Source: Bdellovibrionota bacterium (GTDB lineage Bacteria; Bdellovibrionota_C; UBA2361; OMIW01). Taken from it: DNA of 23,310 bases. The DNA lies in NCBI GenBank assembly GCA_044345055.1, contig JBIJBT010000042.1, positions 1 through 23,310 of the forward strand. The letters run 5' to 3'. Positions 1-9,140 of the stretch are shown one piece after another. Numbering within the stretch: position 1 is the first letter of the stretch; each line of letters starts with the position of its first letter. The position numbers were made by a program, and so were the translations under genes. Below the pieces are notes generated by a model, which was given only the letters and a program-made list of their open reading frames with translations, had not been told where the DNA came from and did not search any database.

Positions 1-29
1 AGTGAAGGGACTCAGTTTGGTGATTGGTT

Positions 30-67
30 CGAGTCGTATCGTTTAATCGATTAAACGATACGACTCG
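30..67. repeat. 38-bp perfect, spacer-less palindrome downstream of mrcB
   Basis: CGAGTCGTATCGTTTAATCGATTAAACGATACGACTCG equals its own reverse complement; imperfect extension TGGTT/AGCCA at 25-29 and 69-73. Confidence 0.9.
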
Positions 68-85
68 GAGCCATTCAGTTTCGAC

Positions 86-2758
86 TTAATCGATTATTCC
101 ATCGTCCTCGTAGTCGGTGGCATAATCATCGGCGTAATCGATATCCTGAGAATCCCTTTCTGAATCGGTTTTGTAGCTTCTCGTTGGGCGCCTTTCTTGT
201 TTTTGGACCGGATCTATTTCAGCACCACGCGAGTACCATTTTTCTTCGTCGAGTTCTTCAGATTCATCATTACTGATCTCTGCTGCGTTACTTGAACGGC
301 GCGGTTGAGGCTGGTTTGCGGGGGTAGCAATATCTAAGTCGGGTTGTGTTTCTAAATCACGTGATTCTGCTGTAAACGTTTGCCTCGGCGCGTTCCGATT
401 TTGAGTTTCGCGCTCTTCGGGCGAGAGCTGCTCGCTTGTGCCGATCGCTTCAGCGCTCGGGTAGCTGCTTGTTTCCGCGTCATCTGCTGATGACGGATAT
501 TCCCCTTCAGTTTCCGAAGAAGATGCGGAACACTCTTCAGCCGGAGCAGTGCCCTGGACGAATAGCTCGGTGATAATTCTTTCTTTTGGATGCTCTGGAG
601 ATGCCCGACAAAATAGCTCGCGATCGAGTGGAACAACTTCGACCGATGGTGGACGAATAAACTGTTCCTCCTCAACCAGAGGCTCGATACACTTCATGAA
701 ACGGGCCCAGGTCGGAGCTGAGGCGGCTCCTCCGGTTAGTCCGAGCGATGAATTATCGTCGAAGCCGGTCCAGATACCGACCGAAAGACGTGGCGTAAAT
801 CCGACAAACCAAGCATCGCGGGTGTCGTTTGATGTTCCAGTTTTCCCCGCTGCAACTCCTTTATACCCCATACGGCGGATGACCTGCGCAGTTCCTCGAT
901 CAACAACACCACGCATTATATCGGTCACAAGATAAACAGGCCCCTCCTGAGCAACCGTGGCCTCGTTATGCACCGTTGCGGCTAACTCACTCCCATCGGC
1001 ATCAATTACTGCGTTGTAGAGTCGAGGAGAAACTAGACGACCTCCATTGGCGAGCGCGCCGTAGGCTGATGTTAGCTGAAGGAGCGTTGTGTCGAGTGCG
1101 CCGAGAGCAAGCGCTGGAAACTCCGGAATTTCGGGACTAACCGCGAATTGTCTAAGTGTATTGGCAAGCGCTGGAATACCTACGCGTTGAGCGACATAAA
1201 CCGCCGGAATATTAAGCGAACGCTCAAGAGCATACCTAAGAGTTACATCCCCACGAAAAGTTCTATCGTAATTTTTCGGCTTCCACTGCGAATGATCAAA
1301 TAGGGTAATACCGGTTGGTTCGTCGGAGAGTATGCTAATCGGGGTAGCCACCCGATAGCTGTTGAGACTCCCATCGAGAGCTGTCAGATAAAGAAAAGGC
1401 TTTATAGTCGAACCGATCTGACGACGCGCCATCATCACGTGATCAAATTGATTGTTGAAAAAATCTCGACCACCAACAAAGGCGCGAATTGCACCGCTAA
1501 ACGGTTCAACCGCGACGAGACTCTGTTCAAAAGCTCTCCCTTTGTGTTTTTTTCGTAATCTCGGGTATGTCTTTTCAATAGCGACGATGCTCTCGCTGAC
1601 CGCCTGCTCTGCGCATTGCTGAATATCTGGATCGAGCCATGTGTGAACCTGCACTCCAGATACGGCAGCGGCCTCGACATTGAAAGAGTCGGCCATCTGT
1701 CTTTCAATCGCTGCAGAAAAAAAAGGGGCATCTTTTTTGCGGAAAGGTGGGGGAGCGAGTGATATCTTTTCCGCGACCGCCGATTTAAATTCATTTTCCT
1801 CGATGAACCCTTGATCGTGCATCTCGGCAAGAACAAGATCTCTGCGCTTTGTTGCTCGCTTGATATTTTTTCGGGGAGAGTAGGAGGTCGGTGCACGCAC
1901 AAGCCCGGCAAGAAGAGCGCTCTCTGCAAGAGATATCTTTGTGACGTCTTTTCCAAAAAAACTTTGGGCTGCCTCCTGCACCCCATGGACCGAAACCTGA
2001 CCCTCTTGACTGAAGTAGATTTCATTGAGATAGAGCTCAAGAATCTCCTCTTTAGAGAGCCTTCTCTCAAGAGAGAGCGCAGCAAACATCTCACGAACCT
2101 TCCGCCCGAGGGTTTTTTTCGGCGTAAAGAGGATATTTTTTGCGAGCTGTTGCGTCAGGGTGCTTCCTCCCTCAACGAGTCGACCGGCGCGCATATTTTT
2201 TATCATCGCACGAGCAATACCGATCGGGTCTACCCCCCAATGCTTGTAGAATCGACGGTCTTCGATAGCTAGGAATGCATCCTGCAGAGAGCGCGGAATC
2301 TGAGAGATTGAGCGAAAGCTGCTTGCCCGCACCTCAGTGCTTCCAAGAGGGCCGATAGGTTTCGGCTCTAGAGTGATAGCGGTGATCGGTTGACCAGCAG
2401 CAGATGTAATTTCTCCTGAATTTTGCTGTATTCGAAAGGTTCGCGAGGGAACTTCGTCCCCTGAGGCAGTCCGAAAGGGTCTAGTTTTTACGGTGATTGC
2501 ATTGTTTGTGAGGGCAAATTCGCCGGGTGAACTCGGTTCTTTAGTAACGAGGGTATAAAGACGCGCCTCGAGCCGTTTCTTTATCAGTTTAGCTGGTGTT
2601 GAGCGGGAGCGAACTTCGGTCGGCCCCGAGAGGATCATCGAGAGGCCGCCAGCTTGTCGTCCAGCAAGGCGTTCACCCACTAATTTATCAACCCGAACAA
2701 AGGCGATCGTAATGACGATACAAAATGATAATGCTAAGAGCGAAAAAAAGGCTTTCAT
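86..2758 (-). CDS. mrcB: Bifunctional transglycosylase/transpeptidase, class A penicillin-binding protein (PBP1B-like)
   Basis: N-terminal TM helix; UB2H-like segment (LEARLY..PSSPGEF..RPF..ITLEP); GT51 motifs EDRRFYKH, GGSTLTQQ, RKVRE; transpeptidase motifs STIK (SxxK), SLN (SxN), KTG. ATG at 2758 preferred over the track's TTG at 2806. Confidence 0.9.
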   Translation of the reverse strand: MKAFFSLLALSFCIVITIAFVRVDKLVGERLAGRQAGGLSMILSGPTEVRSRSTPAKLIKKRLEARLYTLVTKEPSSPGEFALTNNAITVKTRPFRTASGDEVPSRTFRIQQNSGEITSAAGQPITAITLEPKPIGPLGSTEVRASSFRSISQIPRSLQDAFLAIEDRRFYKHWGVDPIGIARAMIKNMRAGRLVEGGSTLTQQLAKNILFTPKKTLGRKVREMFAALSLERRLSKEEILELYLNEIYFSQEGQVSVHGVQEAAQSFFGKDVTKISLAESALLAGLVRAPTSYSPRKNIKRATKRRDLVLAEMHDQGFIEENEFKSAVAEKISLAPPPFRKKDAPFFSAAIERQMADSFNVEAAAVSGVQVHTWLDPDIQQCAEQAVSESIVAIEKTYPRLRKKHKGRAFEQSLVAVEPFSGAIRAFVGGRDFFNNQFDHVMMARRQIGSTIKPFLYLTALDGSLNSYRVATPISILSDEPTGITLFDHSQWKPKNYDRTFRGDVTLRYALERSLNIPAVYVAQRVGIPALANTLRQFAVSPEIPEFPALALGALDTTLLQLTSAYGALANGGRLVSPRLYNAVIDADGSELAATVHNEATVAQEGPVYLVTDIMRGVVDRGTAQVIRRMGYKGVAAGKTGTSNDTRDAWFVGFTPRLSVGIWTGFDDNSSLGLTGGAASAPTWARFMKCIEPLVEEEQFIRPPSVEVVPLDRELFCRASPEHPKERIITELFVQGTAPAEECSASSSETEGEYPSSADDAETSSYPSAEAIGTSEQLSPEERETQNRNAPRQTFTAESRDLETQPDLDIATPANQPQPRRSSNAAEISNDESEELDEEKWYSRGAEIDPVQKQERRPTRSYKTDSERDSQDIDYADDYATDYEDDGIID

Positions 2759-2851
2759 GGTGACGGCCGTAAGAGGTAACGCAGTTCCAATATAGGTGTT
2801 GGGCAAACGCTAAAAAAAGCGATGTCGGGGGAAAATCAGAGAAACAATTTG

Positions 2852-3631
2852 CTATCGGCTTTTGTGAGTGAGTCGTCCACGAGACCGTTTTTTTCGTGCA
2901 CTTGTCGATCGCAGCTCGCCGGACTCGGGGGAATCGTCGAGAGAGGCGGATTTTTGTTGGTTGCGCGATGGAGCAACTGAGCGCAAAAGTCTATCACGAA
3001 GCCGCTCTAACCACCGGGCTACGGTCGACACAAGGTAGTCAAGAATACTCTCATCGGCAACGACAAGCGAGTCAAATGGGTTAGATTTTCCTCCGCGAGC
3101 ACGACGGGCAAAACCGATGCGTCCCCGTTTTTGGGGAGTCGGGGATGACGAGCTGCCTCCTCCACTCTCGTGAGTAACCCGCAGCTCTGTTCGTCGCCGA
3201 GGAATAGCGGAGCTGCGGGGGGCCTCGGTAACTCGAGCCCGCTGCGGAGTTGGTTCATGCGGATCTGTACTCGTACGCTTCTCGGTTCGCTCGGGGTGAG
3301 TAGTCGATAATTCGGGAGCGCGCTTTGTTGAGATGGGTGCGCTGTCAGTTGCGGTTTCTGAATCGAGTAATTGCTCTAGTTCTGTTGAGGCGCTATCTCG
3401 TTTTGGCTCGATTGGTGAAACTATTGATTCGGTCGGCCCGTCAGCTTCGACGACTGTTCGTTGTCGCGTCAGGTGGTCGTGAATTAGAGTCGAAAACTCC
3501 TCCTCAAAGCAGTCGCGCTCAACAGGGAGCATCGTATTCGCGATTTGACCTCGACTCGGATCATCCGAGACCCCGCCTCCGACCCCACCGAGCAGGCTGC
3601 CTTTACTTTTGTGGCGGGAGGTTTGAGTCAT
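2852..3631 (-). CDS. Hypothetical protein, largely low-complexity/disordered
   Basis: 259-aa ATG-started ORF co-oriented with its neighbours and filling the gap; S/R/P/E-rich, with short helical-looking segments (FEEEFSTLIHDHL; ILDYLVSTVARWLERLRDRLL). Confidence 0.6.
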   Translation of the reverse strand: MTQTSRHKSKGSLLGGVGGGVSDDPSRGQIANTMLPVERDCFEEEFSTLIHDHLTRQRTVVEADGPTESIVSPIEPKRDSASTELEQLLDSETATDSAPISTKRAPELSTTHPERTEKRTSTDPHEPTPQRARVTEAPRSSAIPRRRTELRVTHESGGGSSSSPTPQKRGRIGFARRARGGKSNPFDSLVVADESILDYLVSTVARWLERLRDRLLRSVAPSRNQQKSASLDDSPESGELRSTSARKKRSRGRLTHKSR

Positions 3632-3734
3632 GGGAAATTAACGAGAAAAGCTGAGAGGTTGCGTGAAAAGCGGTGATTCAGAAAGCGTAAACGATATGGT
3701 TTAAAACAGAAAGTCAGATAAGACTCAACCCTCA

Positions 3735-3764
3735 ATTATACTCGATATTCGAGGGTGTTTGCCA
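3735..3764 (-). promoter_or_regulatory. Possible sigma70-type promoter for the hypothetical gene and mrcB
   Basis: Minus strand reads TGGCAA-N18-TATAAT, about 100 nt upstream of the ATG at 3631; perfect -10, weak -35. Confidence 0.35.
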
Positions 3765-3858
3765 CTGTTAAGGAAATAGCTATTAAAGGCTTGCGAGATT
3801 AACAATTTACGGAGATATGGAAGATCGCAGGAGGTGACGTCGTCAGTCATCACCTATC

Positions 3859-4692
3859 TTAAGTTCTAGGCGTAGAAAAAAGGCCAGCATAGGTGCGGAG
3901 TACTCGCGAGGTGCCAACGACATCGTGGACGCGGAGGTAACGCACTCCTAAAGAGCATAGAAAAAAAGAGACACAGTGTGTTTCTAGATCGCGCTCGAGA
4001 GGGGGGCGATCTGTGAATCGTTTCATGAATGACTTTCTCGAATGTCCAATCAGCAGATCCGCACCGAGCAAGGAGAGCTCCTCGATCCCGTGCAAAAGCT
4101 CGATTGATTGATCCGCTGTTTTTCCAAATCCAATGCCAGGGTCGAGAATTAGTCGTTCGCGAGAAAGTCCGAACCCCGTTACCTCGGCTAGCTTCTCTGT
4201 CGCCCACTTTGCAACTTCGGTAACTGGATTGCTCGTTAGGGGAAGATGTTGTTCTGGATCAGCGGGGAGTCCGCAGTGATGCATTAAAACAAGCCGAGCG
4301 TCGCAGCGTTCAATTGCTGCAATGAGTTCGAGTGATGCAGAACCAGACACTGCGTTGATCCATCGTACTCCGTGATCTAGCGCTCGAAACGCAGTCGATT
4401 CATGGCGAGTATCGATACTAATAATTCTGTTAACGGAGCTTGCCAACTCGACAAGGGGAGTAAGTACTGGCTTAAGTCGTTCCCACTCAGCATTTTCAGA
4501 GATCAGCTCTGCTGATGGTCTTGTTGATTCAGCCCCGACATCAACAATAGATGCCCCAGCATCAAAAAGCTCTGCCACCCGAGCGATCGCCTCCTCGCGT
4601 GCAACAAAAAGCCCCCCATCTGAGAATGAATCAGGGGTGACGTTGAGAATGCCGACGATCTCGGGAGGACGATACATGTTACTGTTTTCCAT
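3859..4692 (-). CDS. folP: Dihydropteroate synthase
   Basis: GILNVTPDSFSDGG, DVGAESTRP, ISIDT, ILDPGIGFGK, GHSRKSF, LRVHDV. Confidence 0.96.
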   Translation of the reverse strand: MENSNMYRPPEIVGILNVTPDSFSDGGLFVAREEAIARVAELFDAGASIVDVGAESTRPSAELISENAEWERLKPVLTPLVELASSVNRIISIDTRHESTAFRALDHGVRWINAVSGSASLELIAAIERCDARLVLMHHCGLPADPEQHLPLTSNPVTEVAKWATEKLAEVTGFGLSRERLILDPGIGFGKTADQSIELLHGIEELSLLGADLLIGHSRKSFMKRFTDRPPLERDLETHCVSFFLCSLGVRYLRVHDVVGTSRVLRTYAGLFSTPRT

Positions 4693-4738
4693 CGTGGGCA
4701 GCTATTAGACGCTCGTTATTTCAATGACTGGTGTTGAC

Positions 4739-4783
4739 GGATCACAGCAGTTAGGATCACAGCAGTCAGAATTATAGCAGTGT
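4739..4783. repeat. Three tandem 15-bp units overlapping the ilvA stop codon
   Basis: GGATCACAGCAGTTA / GGATCACAGCAGTCA / GAATTATAGCAGTGT. Confidence 0.75.
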
Positions 4784-5995
4784 TATGGGAATTCCTGATT
4801 CCTCGAGTAGCGAAACGATCCGCTCTCTTTGCGCTGCATCCCTAACTTCGATGATAAGGGTTATCTCGACATTTCCTGGCTCTCGCGCAAATGAGCGATC
4901 GTGGGTTACTTCAAGGACGTTTGCCCCCTCGTTTGCGATGACACCAGAGAGAAAATGTAAGACTCCGGGACGATCGGGGAGAGAGGCTCGTAGCCGAACA
5001 AGGCGATCTCGCTGACTCATCTCTCGACCCAAAAGCCGAGAGAGAAGGTTCACATCTATATTGCTTCCCGTAACTATAAGAACAGGTTTTTTACACCGCT
5101 CTGGAAGGTGTCCCGCATTGATCGCGGCCAACGTTACTGCAGCGCATCCCTCAACTACGACATGTTCTCGCTCCAGAAATTGTACGAGTGCTGTTGCAGT
5201 TTCCTGCTCATTCACTGAGACGAGGGCATCCACGGAGCTGCGAATAATTGGTCCTGTTATCGCGCCGATCTGTTTTACGGCTATACCGTCAGCGATAGTC
5301 ATCGGTTGTAGTCGAGGAAGTCCGTGCCACGAACTGGCGCTGTGCATTACCGCCCAGCTCGATTGCACACCTAAAATATAGATATCGGGGCGCATCGCGC
5401 GGAGCACCGTGATAACTCCCGCCATGAGACCACCACCTCCTACCGGAACGATAATCGAGTCAAAATCGGCAGATTGCGCGATGAGTTCGTGAGCAAGAGA
5501 AGCCTGCCCTGCGATGATAAGCGGGTGATCAAAAGGGGGAATAAAGGTGTATCCCTCGCGATCGCACAACTCCTGCGCGTAGGAAAATGCATCATTAAAA
5601 GTATCGCCGTGGAGAATTATCTCCGCCCCGTTCCGCTCGCACGATTGAACCTTTACGAGTGGAGCTGATTTGGGCATCACTAGGACGCATCGAATACCAA
5701 ACCGCTTTGAGTGATAACTTAAGCCAAGAGCGTGATTGCCCGCGCTGGCGGCGCAAACGGCTGAAACGGGGCCAGATTCAAGTAAATGACAGAGGAAATT
5801 AACCGCTCCACGCTCTTTAAACGAGCCAGTAATCAGCTTATTGTCCCACTTCAGCATTATCTCGCGTCCGGTTAGCGCAGAGAGTGCGATCGAGCGAGAG
5901 AGGGGAGTTTCCTCAAGGTTAGCTCGGACATTGGCGAGCGCCTTTAGGGTGAGTTCGTAGCTTACTGCTGGAGTTGAAGAAGTGTGATCGGTCAT
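4772..5995 (-). CDS. ilvA: Threonine ammonia-lyase (PLP fold type II) with C-terminal ACT domain
   Basis: TGSFKERGA PLP-lysine motif, ASAGNHA, PVGGGGL, TIADGIAVK; ACT-like LPDRPGVL...NVLEVTHDR. Confidence 0.93.
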   Translation of the reverse strand: MTDHTSSTPAVSYELTLKALANVRANLEETPLSRSIALSALTGREIMLKWDNKLITGSFKERGAVNFLCHLLESGPVSAVCAASAGNHALGLSYHSKRFGIRCVLVMPKSAPLVKVQSCERNGAEIILHGDTFNDAFSYAQELCDREGYTFIPPFDHPLIIAGQASLAHELIAQSADFDSIIVPVGGGGLMAGVITVLRAMRPDIYILGVQSSWAVMHSASSWHGLPRLQPMTIADGIAVKQIGAITGPIIRSSVDALVSVNEQETATALVQFLEREHVVVEGCAAVTLAAINAGHLPERCKKPVLIVTGSNIDVNLLSRLLGREMSQRDRLVRLRASLPDRPGVLHFLSGVIANEGANVLEVTHDRSFAREPGNVEITLIIEVRDAAQRERIVSLLEESGIPITLL

Positions 5996-6233
5996 AGTGG
6001 TTTACAATCTTTTGGGCGGGTGCGGAGTGAGGAGGCGGCTAAATCATCCGCTGCTCCCTTTTTGCTTCATCGACGATGATAGCGAGACAGCGCTTTTCCC
6101 CGTATACTTTCGGGGCGGTTATAGTGCTACCTCTCGTGCGAATGCCCCGTTTCATCTTATCATGTGCGCACCCGTTTACCAGATCGCACGAGTTTAATCC
6201 TCACCGAGTATCATCCCGGAGACACACTAAGCC

Positions 6234-7166
6234 ATGTCATCAATAATGATTAGAGAGGTCGGCGTTCGGGAGGGATTCCAGAGTTTTGCCACGGTTTATC
6301 CGACTGAGAAAAAACAGCTTCTGATAGAGCTTTTGGTCGATGCAGGGGTGAGCTGCCTTGAGGTAGCATCTTTTGTTAGACCCGATCGGGTGCCCCAGAT
6401 GGCAGATGCCGAGGAGCTGTGTCGACATCTTTTACCGCGAGAAGGGGTAACCTACACGGTTCTCTATCTCAATCAACATGGCCTTCGTCGCGCCGCAGCA
6501 GCATCGGGGCCGATTACTGTTCCGGGATGGTTGCCATTTGCGGCTAGCGATACTTTCCTGAAAAAAAATAGCAACACGACATTCGCCTCGATTTTAGAAT
6601 CTATTCCCGAGTGGGAGGCTGTATTTAGCGAAACCGGCATACCTCTTCAGGGGTTTATGGTCTCGACCTGTTTTGGGTGTAATGACGAGGGGCGAATTGA
6701 AAACGGGGCTGTGGTGTCGCGAATAAAGGATGTGCTCAATCGTCTTTCGGTGAGACCACGCGAAATCTGTATCGCTGATACGATGGGGTGGGGGGAGCCT
6801 CGCCGTGTCGCGGATTTGGTCCACCGTATCCGAAACGAGGTGGGGATTGATGTATCTCTCCATCTTCACGACACACGGGGGTTGGGGATGGCGAACGTCA
6901 TGGCGGGTATCGAAAGCGGCGTTTCTATATTCGAATCATCGATCGGCGGAATAGGAGGTTGTCCCTTTGCTTGCGGAGCGACCGGAAATGTCGCAACCGA
7001 AGAGATAGTGTACCTCTGCGAGCAGCTCGGCATACCAACTGGAATTTCGCTTTCGCGTATCAAAAAAGCTCTTTCTTTTCTCGAAGAGGATATTGGAGTA
7101 ATTTCCACGAGCCGTTGGTACCGATGCGAGAAAGCGCTCTCGCGAGCGGAAGTGGTGGCGGAATAG
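6234..7166 (+). CDS. Hydroxymethylglutaryl-CoA lyase family protein (DRE-TIM metallolyase)
   Basis: EVGVREGFQ, SFVRPDRVPQMADAE, ADTMG, HLHDTRGLGMAN, GGIGGCPFA..ATGNVATE. Confidence 0.9.
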   Translation: MSSIMIREVGVREGFQSFATVYPTEKKQLLIELLVDAGVSCLEVASFVRPDRVPQMADAEELCRHLLPREGVTYTVLYLNQHGLRRAAAASGPITVPGWLPFAASDTFLKKNSNTTFASILESIPEWEAVFSETGIPLQGFMVSTCFGCNDEGRIENGAVVSRIKDVLNRLSVRPREICIADTMGWGEPRRVADLVHRIRNEVGIDVSLHLHDTRGLGMANVMAGIESGVSIFESSIGGIGGCPFACGATGNVATEEIVYLCEQLGIPTGISLSRIKKALSFLEEDIGVISTSRWYRCEKALSRAEVVAE

Positions 7167-7351
7167 GTGGTGTGGGAGTTCTGTAGCGGGCGAAATAATT
7201 CGGTTTTTTTGCAGCTGCTTTGCTTGCTCCCAAATATAGCCAAGCCTTCCGCCATAACTAAAATTCCGCTACGCTCGCCAAATCCAATTTAAAGGTAAAA
7301 AACCAGAAGACTATCTAAAACTCCTTCATCAACCATTACCGTTGCACTCCC

Positions 7352-8752
7352 ATGCCCTGCACTCTAACCCAGCAACAACTTATCGCCATAACCGGTAGCG
7401 CCACCAAAACCTCATCGCATCGCATCACGGCTTCTGGTGTGGCGACCGATTCTCGCGAGATTTCAGGAGGCGAGCTCTTTGTGGCGTTGCCGGGCGAGAA
7501 GATGCACGGGCATAGCTTTGTGAATGGGGCGTACGAGCGGGGGGCGAGTTTGTTGTTGGTTGAGACCGCTGAGCCGTTCGAGGGGGTCGATAAAGAGCGA
7601 GTTGTGGTTGTGCCGGACACCTTAAAGGCGTTGGGTGAGATTGCTTCATGGTGGCGCGGTGAGCGGAATATTCCGGTGTTGGCGATAACGGGCTCGGTTG
7701 GAAAAACAACGACAAAGGAGCTTGCCGCCGCTATTCTTCTTGCTCATTCGCAGGGCAACTATTCTCGGAAGTCGTTTAACAACCATGTCGGCGTTCCATT
7801 ATCGCTCCTATCGATAGGCCAAGAAGCGGAATGGGCCGTTATTGAGATGGGGATGAATCATGCAGGTGAGATATCCGCGCTCACGGCGCTTGCTCGCCCA
7901 ACGGTGGCGGTTATCACTGCAATCGCCCCTGCGCATATTGAGAATCTGGGGAGTATTGAGGCTATAGTTCGGGCAAAGCTTGAGATAGCGGAAGGTTTGG
8001 CTCCTGATGGGACGCTAATTATCAACGGGGATTGCGATCTTCTCGTTGAGTTGGCCAGAGAGATTGTGCCCCATAGGCGGGTGATAACGTTTGGGACGAA
8101 GGATGACGCGGAGCTTCGAGTAGTTGAGGTTTCGGGCCGAGGTATTGAGGGGATCGCTGTTACTATTGAAATAGGAGGGGAGGTACTTGAGCCATTTGTT
8201 GTTCCGATTATGGGAAAGCATAACGGAATGAATGTGGCGGCGAGTATTCTCGGAGCGAAAACCGCAGTTCCGGAGCTTTCGTGGGACACTATCCGTCGCG
8301 GTTTATCTCGATTTACACCTCCTGATATGCGGTTGCGGCGTTACGTGACTCCATCTGGGATGGAGGTAGTTGATGATTCATATAACGCAAACCCCGAGTC
8401 GATGCGGGCGCTCCTAGCGATTGCTCAGGAGACCGCAGAACAGGGAAGGGAGATGGGGCTCGTGTTAGGCGATATGTTGGAGCTGGGTGAGATCTCGGAA
8501 GAGGCTCACCAAGCACTAGGCCAAGCCGCAGCTGCGATAAAGCCACAGTTTATAATAGCGGTAGGTCAACGCTCTCGGATATTGGCGGATGAAGCCGAAA
8601 GTGCCGGAGTAAAGGTCGCATGGTTTTCAACAGCGGCCGAGGCGGCAGCAGGGATCGGTAGCTTCGGTTGTGAGGTGCTGTTTGTGAAGGCGTCGCGGGG
8701 GACGGGGCTCGATGTGATAGTTCGGAAGGTGATTGGGGATTTAGGTAATTAA
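7352..8752 (+). CDS. murF: UDP-N-acetylmuramoyl-tripeptide--D-alanyl-D-alanine ligase
   Basis: TDSR, ITGSVGKTTTKE P-loop, SFNNHVGVP, EMGMNHAGEI, DDSYNANPESM, LGDMLELG, VKASRG. Confidence 0.96.
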   Translation: MPCTLTQQQLIAITGSATKTSSHRITASGVATDSREISGGELFVALPGEKMHGHSFVNGAYERGASLLLVETAEPFEGVDKERVVVVPDTLKALGEIASWWRGERNIPVLAITGSVGKTTTKELAAAILLAHSQGNYSRKSFNNHVGVPLSLLSIGQEAEWAVIEMGMNHAGEISALTALARPTVAVITAIAPAHIENLGSIEAIVRAKLEIAEGLAPDGTLIINGDCDLLVELAREIVPHRRVITFGTKDDAELRVVEVSGRGIEGIAVTIEIGGEVLEPFVVPIMGKHNGMNVAASILGAKTAVPELSWDTIRRGLSRFTPPDMRLRRYVTPSGMEVVDDSYNANPESMRALLAIAQETAEQGREMGLVLGDMLELGEISEEAHQALGQAAAAIKPQFIIAVGQRSRILADEAESAGVKVAWFSTAAEAAAGIGSFGCEVLFVKASRGTGLDVIVRKVIGDLGN

Positions 8753-8937
8753 AATAACACGTTTATTTTTAGGACGGCTCAGGAGCGACCAGTTTTTGAA
8801 AAAAAACGAAGTAAATTTTAGGAGCTATGTAACCAGAGGGGCCTCGGGGGGCTCTAGTCCTGCAGATGAGTGGTCCCAGAATCACGGATTCGCGGATTTT
8901 ACGAAGAAAAAACAATTTGAAACAAGAGGATTTCGAC

Positions 8938-9129
8938 ATGGAAATTGAAAAAACTGTTGAGAAGGTAGAGGAAAAGAAGGCAGAGCGTGGCGCTGGTATG
9001 GTCGAATACGCGATTCTGGCGGGGATTATTGTTGGAATAGCTGTTTTGGCTCGAACCTCGATGAGCGTCGCAGTTTCAAATGCATTCTCGAACGTAATTT
9101 CTGGGACTAATGCAGCGGCCGCCAACTAG
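8938..9129 (+). CDS. flp: Flp family type IVb pilin
   Basis: SD-like GAGGA at 8926-8930 before ATG 8938; 63 aa; charged leader MEIEKTVEKVEEKKAERG, then AGMVEYAILAGIIVGIAV (G-1, E+5, Y+6 Flp motif and hydrophobic helix). Confidence 0.88.
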   Translation: MEIEKTVEKVEEKKAERGAGMVEYAILAGIIVGIAVLARTSMSVAVSNAFSNVISGTNAAAAN

Positions 9130-9140
9130 TACCGTTTAGT

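Noticed and set aside
2759..2854. The hypothetical ORF (2852-3631) and mrcB are in the same frame, separated only by two TAG codons, suggesting amber read-through or a split gene
   Set aside because: Two stops would need suppression, same-frame occurrence has a 1-in-3 chance, and TAG is an ordinary stop here (ndk, rlmN, flp).
4739..4783. CRISPR-like repeats
   Set aside because: Units are 15-bp tandem copies without spacers, and no cas genes are present.
8760..8937. Possible c-di-GMP riboswitch upstream of flp
   Set aside because: I could not find the class I (GEMM) or class II consensus elements; an Rfam scan would settle it.
8769..9125. 118-aa minus-strand ORF, and the longer 87-aa start (8866) for flp
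   Set aside because: The minus ORF is the antisense shadow of flp; ATG 8938 has an SD and gives a typical Flp length.
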